Positions 13,561-26,859 of a stretch of 64,000 nt of DNA are shown piece by piece. The first letter of the stretch is position 1, and every line of letters starts with the position of its first letter. Source of the DNA: Octopus vulgaris (Eukaryota); assembly GCA_951406725.2 (NCBI GenBank), contig OX597814.1, positions 127,410,001 through 127,474,000 of the forward strand, written 5' to 3'. The position numbers and the translations under genes were made by a program. Below the pieces are notes generated by a model. It did no database searches. It was not told where the DNA came from and saw nothing but the letters and a program-made list of their open reading frames with translations.

Positions 13561-14414
13561 TACAGACACTGCAATATTTCTACCCTGCCAGGCTTACTGT
13601 TATTGCTCCATCACTTAACAGCCTTGACACTCTGTTTCATTTACTTAGTATTTACCCTCCCTTTTGTCTAACTCCTTAACACTTATAGCACTCCATCTTT
13701 CCATTCCCCACCTGGTCTGATTACACCATTCTCATCACTCTGCTCACTTGTCTTTCAGTAGATCTATATAGAGGAAACTGTGTTAGGCCAGCATCATCTC
13801 CTTATCCAGTACACTCTATCTTCATCACGTTGTGCTGCCAACCAGTACTATCTTTTCCCTGAATCACCTTTCTTGCCAGTCCTTACCTACTCTTGTTTTT
13901 ATCTCATCACTATCTTCTATCTTTGTCCACCTCTACTTGCATTTTCACATCATACTTGATTTTTTCATCTACCCACCACTCTTATCTTTGACCACATTTG
14001 CCATTGCCAGTTACTCTTCTGACATTATCCCTAAATATCCTGTTTTCTTCCCATCATACTCTTGTTCTTTTGTTCTTCCTATCCAGTCTGGTCCTTCTAA
14101 AGTCTTGGCTCTTTCTCTTCCTTTCAAATACCTATTTCTGGCTTTCTATTGTCATTGTTCCATCTATTGTTCACACTATAAAGTGGTTGGCAGTATGAGC
14201 AGTGAATGGGTCAGGTTATGAGGTCCTTTTCATCCTGTTTCTCCAAGAGCTCTTCAACCTCTCTAATGTCAACTGTCAACCAAATTGTTGATGAATTGTA
14301 GGTGGAAATGTGCTTATGAATTGGAGGTAGGAGTTACCCAGGGTGCAGCTTAGAGCTTGGAAGACCTAAGCCACATCTGTGAGCAGGTCAGCATGGAAAA
14401 CAAATGTTAAAATG

Positions 14415-15180
14415 ATGACAAGATGACGGTAATGACAGGACAATTATGATGATGATGATGATGACAATGATGGTAATGAAAGTGTTGGTGTTGATGCTGG
14501 TGTTGTTACTGGTGGTGGTGGTGGTGGTGGTGGTGGTCATGATGATGATGATGATGACGATGATGATGCTGACTATGAAAATTATGATTATAAAGATGGT
14601 AAAATAGTGAAATGATAATGATGATGATGAGAAAGAGAAGGAGGAAGATGAGGCGGATTGAGGTAGTGTTGACAGCGATGGCATTTATAATGATGAAGGT
14701 GATAAAGAGAAGGAATATACAGATATTGGAGACTTGATGATGAGGATAAACATGATGTCGGGTCTTAGAACAATAATGATGATGATGTGGAAAATGATGG
14801 TAATATTAATTTCGTCTGCCGTTACGTCCTGAGTTCAAATTCCACTAAAGTCGACTTTGCCTTTCATCCTTTCAGGGTCGATAAATTAAGTACGCACTGG
14901 GGTTGATATAATCGACTTAATCCGTTTGTCTGTCTGTCCTTGTTTGTCCTCTCTGTGTTTAGCCCCTTGTGGGTAGTAAAGAAATAGATATTAATGTTAG
15001 TAATAATTATGGTAATGATGATGATGATGATCATCATCATCATGAGGATAACGACAATTTTGATGATGGTAATGGTGGTGGGGTGGAAGAGTTGTCGATG
15101 ATGATGATGATGAAGATGACGACGACAACAACAATGATGACAACGACAATGATGATGTTGATGGTGATGATGTTTATGAT
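14415..15180. repeat. Degenerate (GAT/GGT/GAC)n trinucleotide region with a SINE C 3' part at ~14808-14990
   Basis: Seen directly. Confidence 0.85.
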
Positions 15181-15870
15181 GCTACATATACATGCATACA
15201 GAGCTATGTACATGTATTTATCCACATGTAGAAGCCGCTGCCATGGTGACTAAACACCCAGTGATGACAAGCACACATAGTCTAAAAGTCTGTCCAAAAG
15301 ATATTGAAGACATTGAAAAAGTGTTGCTAAATTGAAATAATTACTGTTTAGTCAACATTCAATTTTAAAATTTTGTTAATTAAGAGCCTTCATAATTATT
15401 TTTAAGTTGTTGCAAAGTAAAAGTGTATGAAACTATATTTTAATTCTACTAAATTGAAGTATCTTTAAGTTTTAGGTAAGTTAGTCATCATTATTAAACC
15501 TCTTCACTTTTTCTTTTCCTTTTTTTTTTCTCTCTTTGCTCTGTTTTTATAGTTTTACAAAAGACATCTGGTAGAAGTTTCCTCTTCAGGTTTGCTATGT
15601 CTATCTGCACTACACTTATAAAGAGGAATATAATCTCATGTTTTGACATCTCAACACTGTGTGATGTTGCTGCAGTTCTGCTGCTGTAGTTGCGATTGTC
15701 CTTGTTGTTGTTCGTGTTTAGCTCCAGGTCAATTCTGATTTATGCTAAAAAGTATTCTGAGTCAGCTCTGACCTTGTGATCAGAGATGTTCCAGCCATAA
15801 TCATTTCATGTCTATCTGTCTGTCTGTCTGTCTCTCTCTTCTTTTCAAATTGGAGAATCATTTGAGTGTT

Positions 15871-16104
15871 TAAGGCAGCGAGCTGGCAGAATCATTAGCA
15901 CGACGGGCGAAATGTTTAGCAGTATTTCGTCTGCCGCTACGTTCTGAGTTCAAATTCCACTGAGGTCGACTTTGCCTTTCATCCTTTCGGGGTCGATTAA
16001 ATAAATACCAGTTACGCACTGGGGTTGATATAATCGACTTAATCCGTTTGTCTGTCCTTGTTTGTCCCCTCTGTGTATAGCCCCTTGTGGGTTGTAAAGA
16101 AATA
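15871..16104 (+). mobile_element. Full-length tRNA-derived SINE family C with target-site duplication
   Basis: 17-bp direct repeat agaatcatttgagtgtt at 15854-15870 and 16105-16121; B-box-like gagttcaaattcc; core gcctttcatcctttcggggtcgat; tail gccccttgtgggttgtaaagaaata. Confidence 0.92.
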
Positions 16105-16852
16105 AGAATCATTTGAGTGTTGAATAGAATGCCTTGTAGTATTTGTTTCAGCTCTCTGTGTTCTGAGTTCAAACCCTGCTGGAGGTTAAGGTATTGGGCC
16201 AGCTTTGTTTTTTACCCTTTCAGGATCAATAAAAAAGTACTTAAATGCCAAGCCAACATTGCAGATTGGCAGAAATGCAATAATGTCAAACCAGATGCCT
16301 TGCAATATCTGTTCTGGTACTTCATGTTCTGAGTTCAAATCCCACCATGGTTTACTTGGGCAATAGATTTAATATGTCATCTGGTTTAACACCACCTTTA
16401 CAGTACCCTCATTCTGCTGCAAGTATTTGACCCTCTTTTTTGGTTTGAGGATAATTTCTTCCTTCCTGCTAGTCTAGGTGGCTATAAAGTAATACCTTAC
16501 GTCCTGACTGAAAGAAAAACAAAAATCTTAAACTACATCAGCTAATGTAGCTTTCTACTTTTTTGAGGGAGATTTAACTGCTCTTTCTAGCAGTCTCAGC
16601 AACTATATAAAAGTACCCTTGGAATAACTATTGTTGTTGATGACAATGATGCTGATGATGTAGTCATTCATTACTATTGTTACTAAGCTGATGTTCTTGC
16701 TGTTATGGTTACTGCCAATCATCATCATTGTCATCATTATTTAATGCCCATTTTCCATGCTAGCATGGGTTGGATGGCTTGACAGGAACTGGTAAGGCCA
16801 GGGGCTGCACCAGGTTCCATAATCTGTTTCAGCCTGGTTTCTACAATTGGAT

Positions 16853-17185
16853 GCGTGGCACCTTGGGCAAGTGTCATCTACTATAGCCTCGGGCTGACCA
16901 AAGCCTTGTGAGTGGATTTGGTAGATGGAAACTGAAAGAATCCCGTCGTATATATGTATGTATACATGTATGTGTGTGTATATGTTTGTGTAGCTATGTT
17001 TGTCCCCCCCAACATTGCTTGACAACTGATGCTGGTGTGTTTACGTCCCCGTAACTTAGCGGTTCGGCAAAAAAGAACGATAGAGTAAGTACTAGGCTTC
17101 CAAAGAATAAGTCCTGGGTCAATTTGCTCGACTAAAGGCAGTGCTGAAATGACCTAAACAAGTAAAGAGTAAAAGAGTAAAAGAG
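16853..17185 (+). mobile_element. SINE family B, 5'-truncated
   Basis: gcgtggcaccttgggcaagtgtc..ccgtaacttagcggttcggcaaaa..aaacaagtaaagagtaaaagag tail. Confidence 0.85.
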
Positions 17186-17194
17186 AAAGGGATA

Positions 17195-17767
17195 CAGCAG
17201 TCATTCTGACTGCATCTGTATGCCAAAATTCATTCTCACGTTTTTGAATAAGCCCTTAGGCTCAATTCAAATGGCTATGTGAAACTGCTGGAGATTGTGG
17301 CCAAACCCTGAATGCAGAGGGTTGCTGGGGAAGGCTATATATGTGGCAGCAAGATTTCGTACCTTGCTATACTTCTGGAAAGTGTCAATAGTTGTCAGAG
17401 AATTTCTACAACCTCACCAACCCCAATTTCTGGCCTCTTAAATCCTCTGACTGTAATCCCATGCATTACTGTGTGTGGAGCACAACTGAGAAAGACACCA
17501 ACCATTTTGCCTACAACATCAAGGCAGAACTGGTGGCCAAGATCAACAAGGTGTTTGATAATCTTCTAAGGGACACAGCAAGGAACGGATGCACCCAGTT
17601 CTAGAGCTATTTTGAGGCTGTGGTGGAAGCTGAGGGTGACTGCCTTGAGTAAACTGCTATCTGCCAGCAATAATCTAGTTGATATTTTTTGATTTTTTAA
17701 TTTTGGATGGAAAATTGTGTTTTCTTTTCCTCTTATGTAAACTGTCAAATTTAGTTTGAACATCCTG
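17195..17767 (+). mobile_element. 3' part of a second mariner/maT-like transposon with right TIR
   Basis: [57 protein letters not shown]; ends tttgaacatcctg followed by TA. Confidence 0.82.
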
Positions 17768-17835
17768 TATATGTGTGCATATATATGTATGTATGCATAT
17801 ATATGTATGTATGCATATATATGTATGTATGCATA

Positions 17836-18668
17836 GATGGATGGATGGATGGATGGATGGATGGATGGATGGATGGATGGATGGATGGATGGATGGATGG
17901 ATGGATGGATGGATGGATGGATGGATGGATGGATGGATGGATGGATGGATGGATGGATGGATGGATGGATGGATGGATGGATGGATGGATGGATGGATGG
18001 ATGGATGGATGGATGGATGGATGGATGGATGGATGGATGGATGGATGGATGGATGGATGGATGGATGGATGGATGGATGGATGGATGGATGGATGGATGG
18101 ATGGATGGATGGATGGATGGATGGATGGATGGATGGATGGATGGATGGATGGATGGATGGATGGATGGATGGATGGATGGATGGATGGATGGATGGATGG
18201 ATGGATGGATGGATGGATGGATGGATGGATGGATGGATGGATGGATGGATGGATGGATGGATGGATGGATGGATGGATGGATGGATGGATGGATGGATGG
18301 ATGGATGGATGGATGGATGGATGGATGGATGGATGGATGGATGGATGGATGGATGGATGGATGGATGGATGGATGGATGGATGGATGGATGGATGGATGG
18401 ATGGATGGATGGATGGATGGATGGATGGATGGATGGATGGATGGATGGATGGATGGATGGATGGATGGATGGATGGATGGATGGATGGATGGATGGATGG
18501 ATGGATGGATGGATGGATGGATGGATGGATGGATGGATGGATGGATGGATGGATGGATGGATGGATGGATGGATGGATGGATGGATGGATGGATGGATGG
18601 ATGGATGGATGGATGGATGGATGGATGGATGGATGGATGGATGGATGGATGGATGGATGGATGGATGG
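17836..18668. repeat. Perfect (GATG)n microsatellite, ~833 bp
   Basis: Seen directly; source of the MDGW ORFs. Confidence 0.99.
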
Positions 18669-18990
18669 TACAGAAAGAACCAGTTTCTAACCTAGATCCA
18701 AGGCTCCTTCATTAGAATTTTAACATCAGCAACAGGATATTTTTGTATGTATGTATGTATGTATGTATGTATGTATGTATGTATGTATGTATGTATGTAT
18801 GTATGTATGTATGTATGTATTTATGTATGTATGTATGTATGTATGTATGTATGTATGTATGTATGTATGTATGTATGTATGTATGTATGTATGTATGTAT
18901 GTATGTATGTATGTATGTATGTATGTATTTATGTATGTATGTATGTATGTATGTATTATGTATGTATGTATGTATGTATGTATGTATATG
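18669..18990 (-). mobile_element. 3'-UTR fragment of the R4/Dong-like LINE with adjoining (TATG)n array
   Basis: 18680-18742 is the reverse complement of 21853-21916 (ttccaatgaaggagcctt..atctaggttagaaac). Confidence 0.8.
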
Positions 18991-19366
18991 TGTGTCCTTG
19001 TGTTTGTATACGTATCCCTACACTGCTTTTCAGTGAGTGTTGGTTTGTTTAGGTCCTTGTATCTTAGTGGTTTGGTAAAAAAGACTAAGAAAATAAGTAC
19101 CAGACTTAAAAGCTACAGGTCAAAGACTTAAACTAATAAAAGATAAGATATATATATATATATGTATGTATGTTTATGTATGCACAAACACATGCATGCG
19201 CATGCACACACACACACACAAGCATATATGCATATATACATAAACATATATGTATATATTTATGTATATGTACATATATATACATATATACTTACATACT
19301 TATATATATATTTCGCTTTTGGATTTGGCTTGCAAGATTCTTTATATGAGTTTGTCAGACACAACA

Positions 19367-19397
<31 letters not shown>

Positions 19398-19402
<5 letters not shown>

Positions 19403-19617
19403 GTAAATATAATATGTGACAATTATTCGGTAGCATTTTTATTGATCGCCCGATAACTGAAGAGATGGTGGTGTGGGTTTCCACCCCGACATTCGAAATT
19501 CAGAGTTTTATCATGGCTACTGAATAATTGTCACATATTATATTTACAGATAAATTCCTCTATTTACATAATATCGAGGTCTCTTTCATTCTTTTGTTGT
19601 TTTACCATTTCTATCAA
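19398..19617 (+). mobile_element. Second copy of the 3241-3585 hammerhead element, with a short inverted 5' arm, between (TA)n
   Basis: 37-bp inverted arms 19398-19434 / 19516-19552; tail 19550-19617 matches the reverse complement of 3241-3304. Confidence 0.8.
19452..19512 (+). ncRNA. Type I hammerhead ribozyme motif (CUGAAGA core, GUU site)
   Basis: Stem I gataa(19452-56)/ttatc(19508-12); CTGAAGA 19457-63; stem II gatg..cattc; GAAA 19495-98; stem III ttcagag; triplet GTT 19505-07. Confidence 0.7.
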
Positions 19618-19703
19618 TATATATATATTTTCACACACATTTTTATAAACACATTTGCATGCAATTATAGGTTTGTGAGTCTGTATGGCATATGTGTGTG
19701 TAT

Positions 19704-19748
<45 letters not shown>

Positions 19749-20084
19749 TATATACTGTCTGTCTGTACAGTGTAAGGAAGAAAGTTTACAAACTGGCAGA
19801 AAAGTTTGGCACCATTAGTAAAAATTGTTCGTTACGAAAAGGTCAGGTATTTTTGTCTGATGTCTGGTGAACTCACAATAATTCTTGTGTGGGCTCAGCA
19901 GCCAGTTTGCTTATTGGGGGTATGATTGTTGAGCTCATCTACAGTCCAAAGCTGCTATATAAAGTATTTGGTAGCTAGTCCACTGCCCATAAATGTTGTG
20001 ACTCTCGCTGCCTCAGCAATTGCTAGAAACACTGTGATAACTGGTACATGTATATATATACAGACATACATACACACGAATATA

Positions 20085-21960
20085 CCTCTTGTCATTCATG
20101 TTAAGGAAATCTGAAGGATATCTCACTGGTTCCCAAAAGAAACAGAAATACCAAAATTACACACTGTTTCTTTGTGGATGACTTGAAACTATGCAAAGAA
20201 TATGCATGAGATGAAAAAGAGCCTTGACCTAGTTACAGCAGTCTCAAAGGATTCACGACTGGAGTTTGGTCAGGATAAATGTTGTTATATGGTTGTGAAA
20301 AGAGGAAAAACTGTAAATCAGTCTAGTAACACTTCCCCTCTATCTGACGAGGAATGTTACAGGTATCTAGGAGTAGATGAAGACACATCTTACAATGGCA
20401 TCTGTAACAAAATGCATGTCACTAAGGAATATTACAGCTAAATAAAGAAAATTTAGACCTCAGAACTCTCTGCATTCAATAAAACAGTAGTTCACAATGT
20501 GTTTGCAGTACCAGTACTCATACCAACATTTGAACTGTTTAATTGGACGCTTGATGAGATCTGAGCCATTGATGCGAAAACCTGAAAAATACTAACAAGC
20601 ACACATAATTTCCTCATAAACAGTGACATAGACTACCTATACCTAAAACAAAAACAAGATGGCAGAGGTTTAACATCGATCCAAAATGCCTTTTAATGTC
20701 ATATCATATCCATTCGGCAACATCTTTTAACCAAGTGTTGAAGCGCGTTCTATGACCGAGTTGGCATACATAAAGCTGATAACATCATAAAACTTAGAAG
20801 GCAGCTCCTTGAGCAACACTCTTTGTATGATAACCTAGAATACATGCCCAAAGAAGTCAAATGACTCTACTGCAACATATCATCAGATACAAGGATGAGC
20901 CTATATGGGCAGAAAACTATGCATGAATATGTTACTAGAAAGCTCCGTGATGATAGTAACATCGATCATCAAAGGAGTTTATCACAAGGACCAATAACCG
21001 GATTACTACCTCCCACTTTGAAGGGTATGCATTTGCAATCCAGGAACATGAAATATCAACCAAGTACTTGATGCACAAAATGGACAGAGATGCAGAAAAA
21101 ACAGTAAAATGTGACAACTGATGCAGATTTTGTGGAGCTAACACTGAAGATATTATTCACATCATAAGCAGTTGTCCGAAAATGTCATTATGGTATTATT
21201 TACCAATGAGACATGATGTTGTAGCCAGGACACTCTATAATGAAATCCATTGGAAGGATAACCCCGAGGACAAAGAAATAAGAACCCACAGTATGGTAGA
21301 AGCCATAGCCACTGATAATAAAAAGGAGTACTGGTGGAATATCCCACTGAAAACCTCAATAAAATGTAAACACAACAAACCTGATATAATGATTTGGGAT
21401 AGAGAGTTGCCCAGCGGATGTTAACATAAAGCTGAAGATCAATGAAAAAGAGAATACCTGCGCTGTGCTATTGAGAAATCTGCAGTTGCTCTATCCAGAT
21501 TACAAGCTCAGGTTTATACCTGTAACTATTGGGGCCTGAGATATGTAACACTCTGCCTAAATACCAATCTTAAGAAATTAAGTTTCTCAAAACCAGAAAG
21601 GAGAAAGTGAATTTGAAGACTACAGATCCAATCCATCATTGGAACTGTAAAAATCTGTAAAACATTTCAGAAGTTTATCATTTAAATATATATATGAGCA
21701 TGTCTAGATATGCAACTATATACATGAGAATACATAGATAAAGCAAAACATAAAAATCTGCACACATACATACATGCATATATACATACATACATACATA
21801 CATACATACATACATACATACATACATACATACATACATACATACATACATAAAAAAATATCCAGTTGTTGATGTTGAAATTCCAATGAAGGAGCCTTGA
21901 ATCTAGGTTAGAAACCATCTCTATTGGCAAGAAATCTTGAAATAAAACTGAACAATGACA
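20085..21960 (+). mobile_element. 5'-truncated degenerate R4/Dong-like non-LTR retrotransposon (RT C-half, CCHC knuckle, restriction-like endonuclease, 3' UTR)
   Basis: ITHCFFVDDLKL (RT), YRYLGVDED, FAIQEHEISTKY, *RFCGANTEDIIHIISSCP, YLPMRHDVVARTLY, KHNKPDIMIWD (PD..D/E endonuclease); ends aataaaactgaacaatga followed by catacatacat. Confidence 0.88.
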
Positions 21961-21993
21961 TACATACATGGTGGCTGTTGGCACATTGATGAG

Positions 21994-22059
21994 TATGACC
22001 TCCAATAATAAATGATCATAGAATCTATGACCTCCAATAATAAATGATCATAGAATCTA
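21994..22059. repeat. Two-copy perfect 32-bp tandem duplication
   Basis: tatgacctccaataataaatgatcatagaatc x2. Confidence 0.95.
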
Positions 22060-22669
22060 AAGACAACGGCTATCATGCTGAAATTTAAAGTCAATAACAG
22101 CTTGCACAATACTGCTGGGACTCTCACCTACAAAGCCAAGTTGTTAAGATACAAACAATCAAGACCTCTGACTTCACAATGAGGCAGAAACTATTTCAGT
22201 ATTTCTTTTTCCTCAAGAGATGTCAAAACAAAAAGTAGCAGTCTCCTACTTCCAGCTATTGCAAGGCCATTGTCTCTATAGAGTTCATCCATCCTTTGGC
22301 AGTTTTAATTTTTTATCTAGCAAGATGTCTAATGAAAATCGCCTTCCTTACCAATGAGTGGTTGTGACATTTGGGTGATCGAAAAAGTGAGGAGATAGGT
22401 ATGTCCACTGACAGACTGTCTGGTGTTAATTCATTGTTGATAAAAACTGCCATTTCCCCAGACCTACATTGCTTATGTTAGAAGGATATAAAAAATATCC
22501 CTTAAAATATTCACCACTAACTACATTTTTGTTTAATTTGGCCAAATTTACAATTTCCTACAAAACTATCCGTCTTTTATTTTTCATGTTTCACTCGTTG
22601 GACTGTGGCCACACTGGGGCACTGCAATGAAGGGATTTTTACTTGAAAAAATCAACCTCATTCTCTTTT

Positions 22670-23080
22670 ATTTCTTTTTTACTTGTTTCAGTCATTTTAC
22701 TGTGGCCATGCTGGAGCACCGCCTTTAGTCTAGCAAATCGACCCCAGGACTTATTCTTTGGAAGCCTAGTACTTATTCTATTGGTCTCTTTTGCCGAACT
22801 GCTAAGTTACGGGGATGTAAACACACCACTATCGATTGTCAAGTGATGTTGGTGGTGGTGGGGGGGTCAAACACAGACGCACAAACATATACACATATAT
22901 ACACACACATATATATATACATATATACAACAGGCTTCTTTCAGTTTCCATCTACCAAATTCACTCATAAGACTTTGGTCGGCCTGAGGCTATAGTAGAA
23001 GACACTTGCCCATGGTGCCACGCTGTAGGAATGAACCTAGAACCATGTGGTTGGTAAGCAATCTACTTACCACACAGCCA
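22670..23080 (-). mobile_element. Full-length SINE family B with internal (CA/TA)n
   Basis: Same structure as 59243-59655 and 62545-63000. Confidence 0.88.
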
Positions 23081-23302
23081 CCAGCGTGGTACTTATTCTG
23101 TTGGACTCTTTTGCCAAACCACTGAGTTACAGGGAGGTAAATAAACCAACACCATTTGTTGAGTGATTGCTGGCCAGACAAATTCAGGCTCAGATGCATA
23201 CACACACAGGCACATATACACACGCACATACACAGACATACAATGGGCTTTGACACAGTTTCTGACTAGTAAATTCACTCATGAAGACTGGTCAACTTGA
23301 GG

Positions 23303-23797
23303 CAGTGTTTCTCAACTATTTTTTTAAGATTATCTATGAACCCTTTTGATTACAGCTTTATTCTGGTGAACCCTTATAACCATTCAGTGTTTAAAAACTA
23401 ATTTTATAGATACTGCTTTCAAAATTCCTATTTTATTTTTCATACATTAACTTGTGTAGGATCAATGATGTAAAAAAAAAAAATAACTTAGCTTGTTTCT
23501 AGCAATAAATACATCACCGTCGTCATTAACAATTCATGCTCCATGCTGGCATGGATTGGATGGTGTGACAAGAGCTGAGCAGGCAGAAGACTACACCAGA
23601 CTTCTGTGTCTGTTTTGGCATGGTTTTTTTTACAGCTGGATGCCCTTCCTAACATCAAGTACCCCACAGAGTAAAATATTTTCATGGATCCTTAATATAC
23701 TACTGTGGATCTTAAATTCACTATTTTCTTTATGTGAACATCCCAGTATCTTTTATGAACCCCCAGACGTCATATAGACCCCAGTTGAGAACTACTG
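23303..23797. mobile_element. Non-autonomous hAT (Charlie/MER5-like) MITE inside a family B SINE, containing an RTE 3'-UTR fragment (~23512-23670)
   Basis: TIRs cagtgtttctcaact / agttgagaactactg; the host SINE reads ..acttgagg|ctatagtagaagac across it. Confidence 0.8.
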
Positions 23798-24454
23798 CTA
23801 TAGTAGAAGACTCTTTCCCATGGTGCTATGCAATAAGACTAATTCTGAAACTACATGGTCGCAAGCAAGCTTCTTAACCACACAGGCTGTGTAATCCATA
23901 TATTACTTTATAAGTGAAACAAGGAAATGAAATTCCAAGATACCCTTTGCTGAAACACCAATGATTATTGGAAACAGCTTTGCTCCTGTGTGTCAGAGTG
24001 TTTGAAAAATATAGCAAAATATCTTAGTGTGAAGCCGCAGATGAATATGAAGTCAGCCATGTTTATCAGTTAGTAACCTAACCAGATTATACAACAAAAA
24101 TAGAAGTTAATTAAGATAACACAGAATGAAGAACAGACATATGATGTGGAAGTTGTGATATTCAGCCAGAGATGTAACTATAGTGAAGCCAACAGTATTG
24201 GTGATATCAAAGCGAAAATTGTGATTAGATTGAGACAGTGGACTGGAATTATTATTACTAGTGGAATATTTAGCAAGGTTTGCAGTGTTAAGTGTAATTT
24301 GAAATCATTAAAACTAAATTGCATGAATATTAGAAAATAATATTTAAAAAAAAAAAAACAAGCATAAAAACCTAAAGACAGAATAAGCAACAAAATCTGT
24401 AATTCATCCAACCTGAATCTGTAGTGGTAGTTTATTAGCACCACCCGCTATACA

Positions 24455-24641
24455 TGTCGTGTGTGTGTGTGTGTGTGTGTGTGTGCATGTACATGTGTTG
24501 TATGTGTGTGTGTATGTGTGCATGTACATGTGTTGTATGTGTGTGTGTATGTGTGTGTGCATGTGTGTGTGTTTGTATGTGTGTGTAGGCATATGCATGT
24601 CTACGCTTTTTTGTATATATATATGCGTGTGTGTGTGTGTA

Positions 24642-24673
<32 letters not shown>

Positions 24674-24922
24674 CGTATGTATGTATACATATATATAGTA
24701 TGTACATATACATATACATATATACATTTATGTGTATAAGTATATATATATATATATATATGTAAGTGTATATATGTATGTGTGTGTGTATATATGTATG
24801 TGTGTGTGTATGTATATCTATGTATATGTATATATGTATGTGCATGTACATATGTATGTACATATGTATGTATATGTATAAGTATGCATGTATGTGTATG
24901 TTTGTGTGTGCTTGTGTGTGTA

Positions 24923-24996
<74 letters not shown>
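24455..24996. repeat. Compound (TG)n/(TA)n/(TATG)n microsatellite
   Basis: Seen directly. Confidence 0.95.
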
Positions 24997-24999
<3 letters not shown>

Positions 25000-25792
25000 A
25001 TCCGTATGTATACAAGACTTAACTTTCAAAATCAACACTATCTGAAGAATTTACAGATGTTCTTGTGATCTATTTTAAAACTAAGCACTAAAGAAGTTGG
25101 TTGGTGGGTGCTGATATTTGGTCCCTATCAAAGTAGATAATCATTGAGAAGATGTGGTTGGTGTTATTATGATTGTTAGATGAAGGAATAACAAGGAAGA
25201 GGGCTATAAAGAACTTACATAAGATGAAAATTATTCCATTGGTGGGAGTGGTGATAAAAATGGTGATAGTAGTGGTGGGTGGCGTTTGTGGGTGATAGTA
25301 GTGGTGGGTGGCGTTTGTGTTGGTGGGAGTTATTAAAGATTAGTGTGTAGAAGACACTGGAGATTTGTGTGCTGGGGTGGTTAGGGTTTAATGTGATGGG
25401 GTCATTAAGGATTAATATGAAGGGGGTTAGGGAAATCATTAGGGTTAAGCAATTTATATAACTATTGCATGTCTGTGTATATGAGCGGTTAATTATTTGC
25501 ATATAATAACATTACACACACAAACACACACACGCACATGCACACACATACACACACCCACACACAAATACGCACACACGCACGCACACACATACACAGA
25601 AATATATTTAAATAACAGGTGTGGCATGTGGTAAGAAGTTTGCTTCCCAACCACATGGTCTTGGGTCCACTTCCATTGTGTGGTACCTTGGGCAAGTGTC
25701 TTTTACTATAGCCCCAGGCTGATCAAAACCTTGCAAGTAGATTTGATGGATACAAACTGTGTGGAACATGTCATATACACACACATACATAC

Positions 25793-25823
<31 letters not shown>

Positions 25824-26053
25824 GTCTGCTTTAAATTTAAATGTGAGTGTACATGTATTTTCCTGATGCTGGTTATGGAACTATGAATCCAATATGGAAA
25901 ATAACTGTGCTTGTTAATTTATACTGATATAGTTTGTTTATATTGTATTAATGTGTATATATATATGTGTAGAATTATGAGTGTCTATGCACACATTTTT
26001 ATATTTTATATTTTTATATTTATATGTAAATTTTTTTCACACTTATATTAAAT

Positions 26054-26164
26054 TCTCTGAAGAAGCCATGAGACATCCTTGTTAATGTCTCATTTATACC
26101 TGCTTTATATGGCTAATAGGTTAAATGAGACATACCTGTCTTCACGGCTGAAACAGCTGTCAGA
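26054..26164 (+). ncRNA. Type I hammerhead ribozyme motif with palindromic stem III and long stem II insertion (GUC site)
   Basis: tct(26054-56)-CTGAAGA(26057-63)-agcc..ggct-GAAA(26150-53)-cagctg-TC(26160-61)-aga. Confidence 0.72.
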
Positions 26165-26371
26165 TATGATGTAATTGTATTTTCTATTTCTATTTCCATG
26201 TCTAGTTATATTTGCAATTTATTATGTATAATGTCATTGCTGTTATGTAATGGTTTAATAAAGTATTGATTGGGTATTATCTGATGGTTGATGATTGATT
26301 TAGGTATGTTTCTCCATTTTCTCATTTTGTATATATATATATATATATATTGACAGATAGATAGATATACA

Positions 26372-26555
26372 TAGGGAGAATTCACTAAAAAAACCCAAAA
26401 GATGAAGACAGGTGGTGTAGACAACAAACAGATGTATTAGTTTAATGCTCGGGAAGTGAAAAAGTCTTTAACGTTTCAAGCCTACGCTCTTCCACAGAAA
26501 GGAACACAGAAAGAAACAAGGAGAGAAAATAAAGGATGTGTAGTGGCTAGTGATA
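26372..26555 (-). mobile_element. Short Penelope-terminus-like element with a variant hammerhead-like motif
   Basis: Minus strand cttt-CTGTGGAA-gagc-gtag-gctt-GAAA-cg-TT-aaag at 26466-26501, then a T-rich tail running into a (TA)/(TAGA) tract. Confidence 0.4.
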
Positions 26556-26859
26556 CACACATACATACATACATGATGGTTGCCAACTCGATTTGAAGTA
26601 GAGCCAATTCCTTGATTTCTTTAGGCCCTAGAATATCATCAATGAGCTGCACGAATATGGCTTTTGAGGCCTGTCAAAGACTTGCATGCTTTTTGGCAAT
26701 TAGTGCAAGAAAACTTAGTGATTGTTTAGTTTACAGCTCCATGACCTTTACTATGCCTTTTCAGCCACTCTTTGATCTGCGTACTTAATGACAGTGAATG
26801 CATTTGAAATCATCGAAATCATTTATAATCAATGTGTGGTTGTGCAATGTGTGGTTGTG

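Noticed and set aside
17773-18715. ~300-aa MDGW-repeat ORFs
   Set aside because: Translation of (GGAT)n, open in all three frames; not a protein gene
19771-20047. Possible solo LTR (TG..CA ends, TATA-like tatataaag)
   Set aside because: No TSD, PBS or second copy in the window
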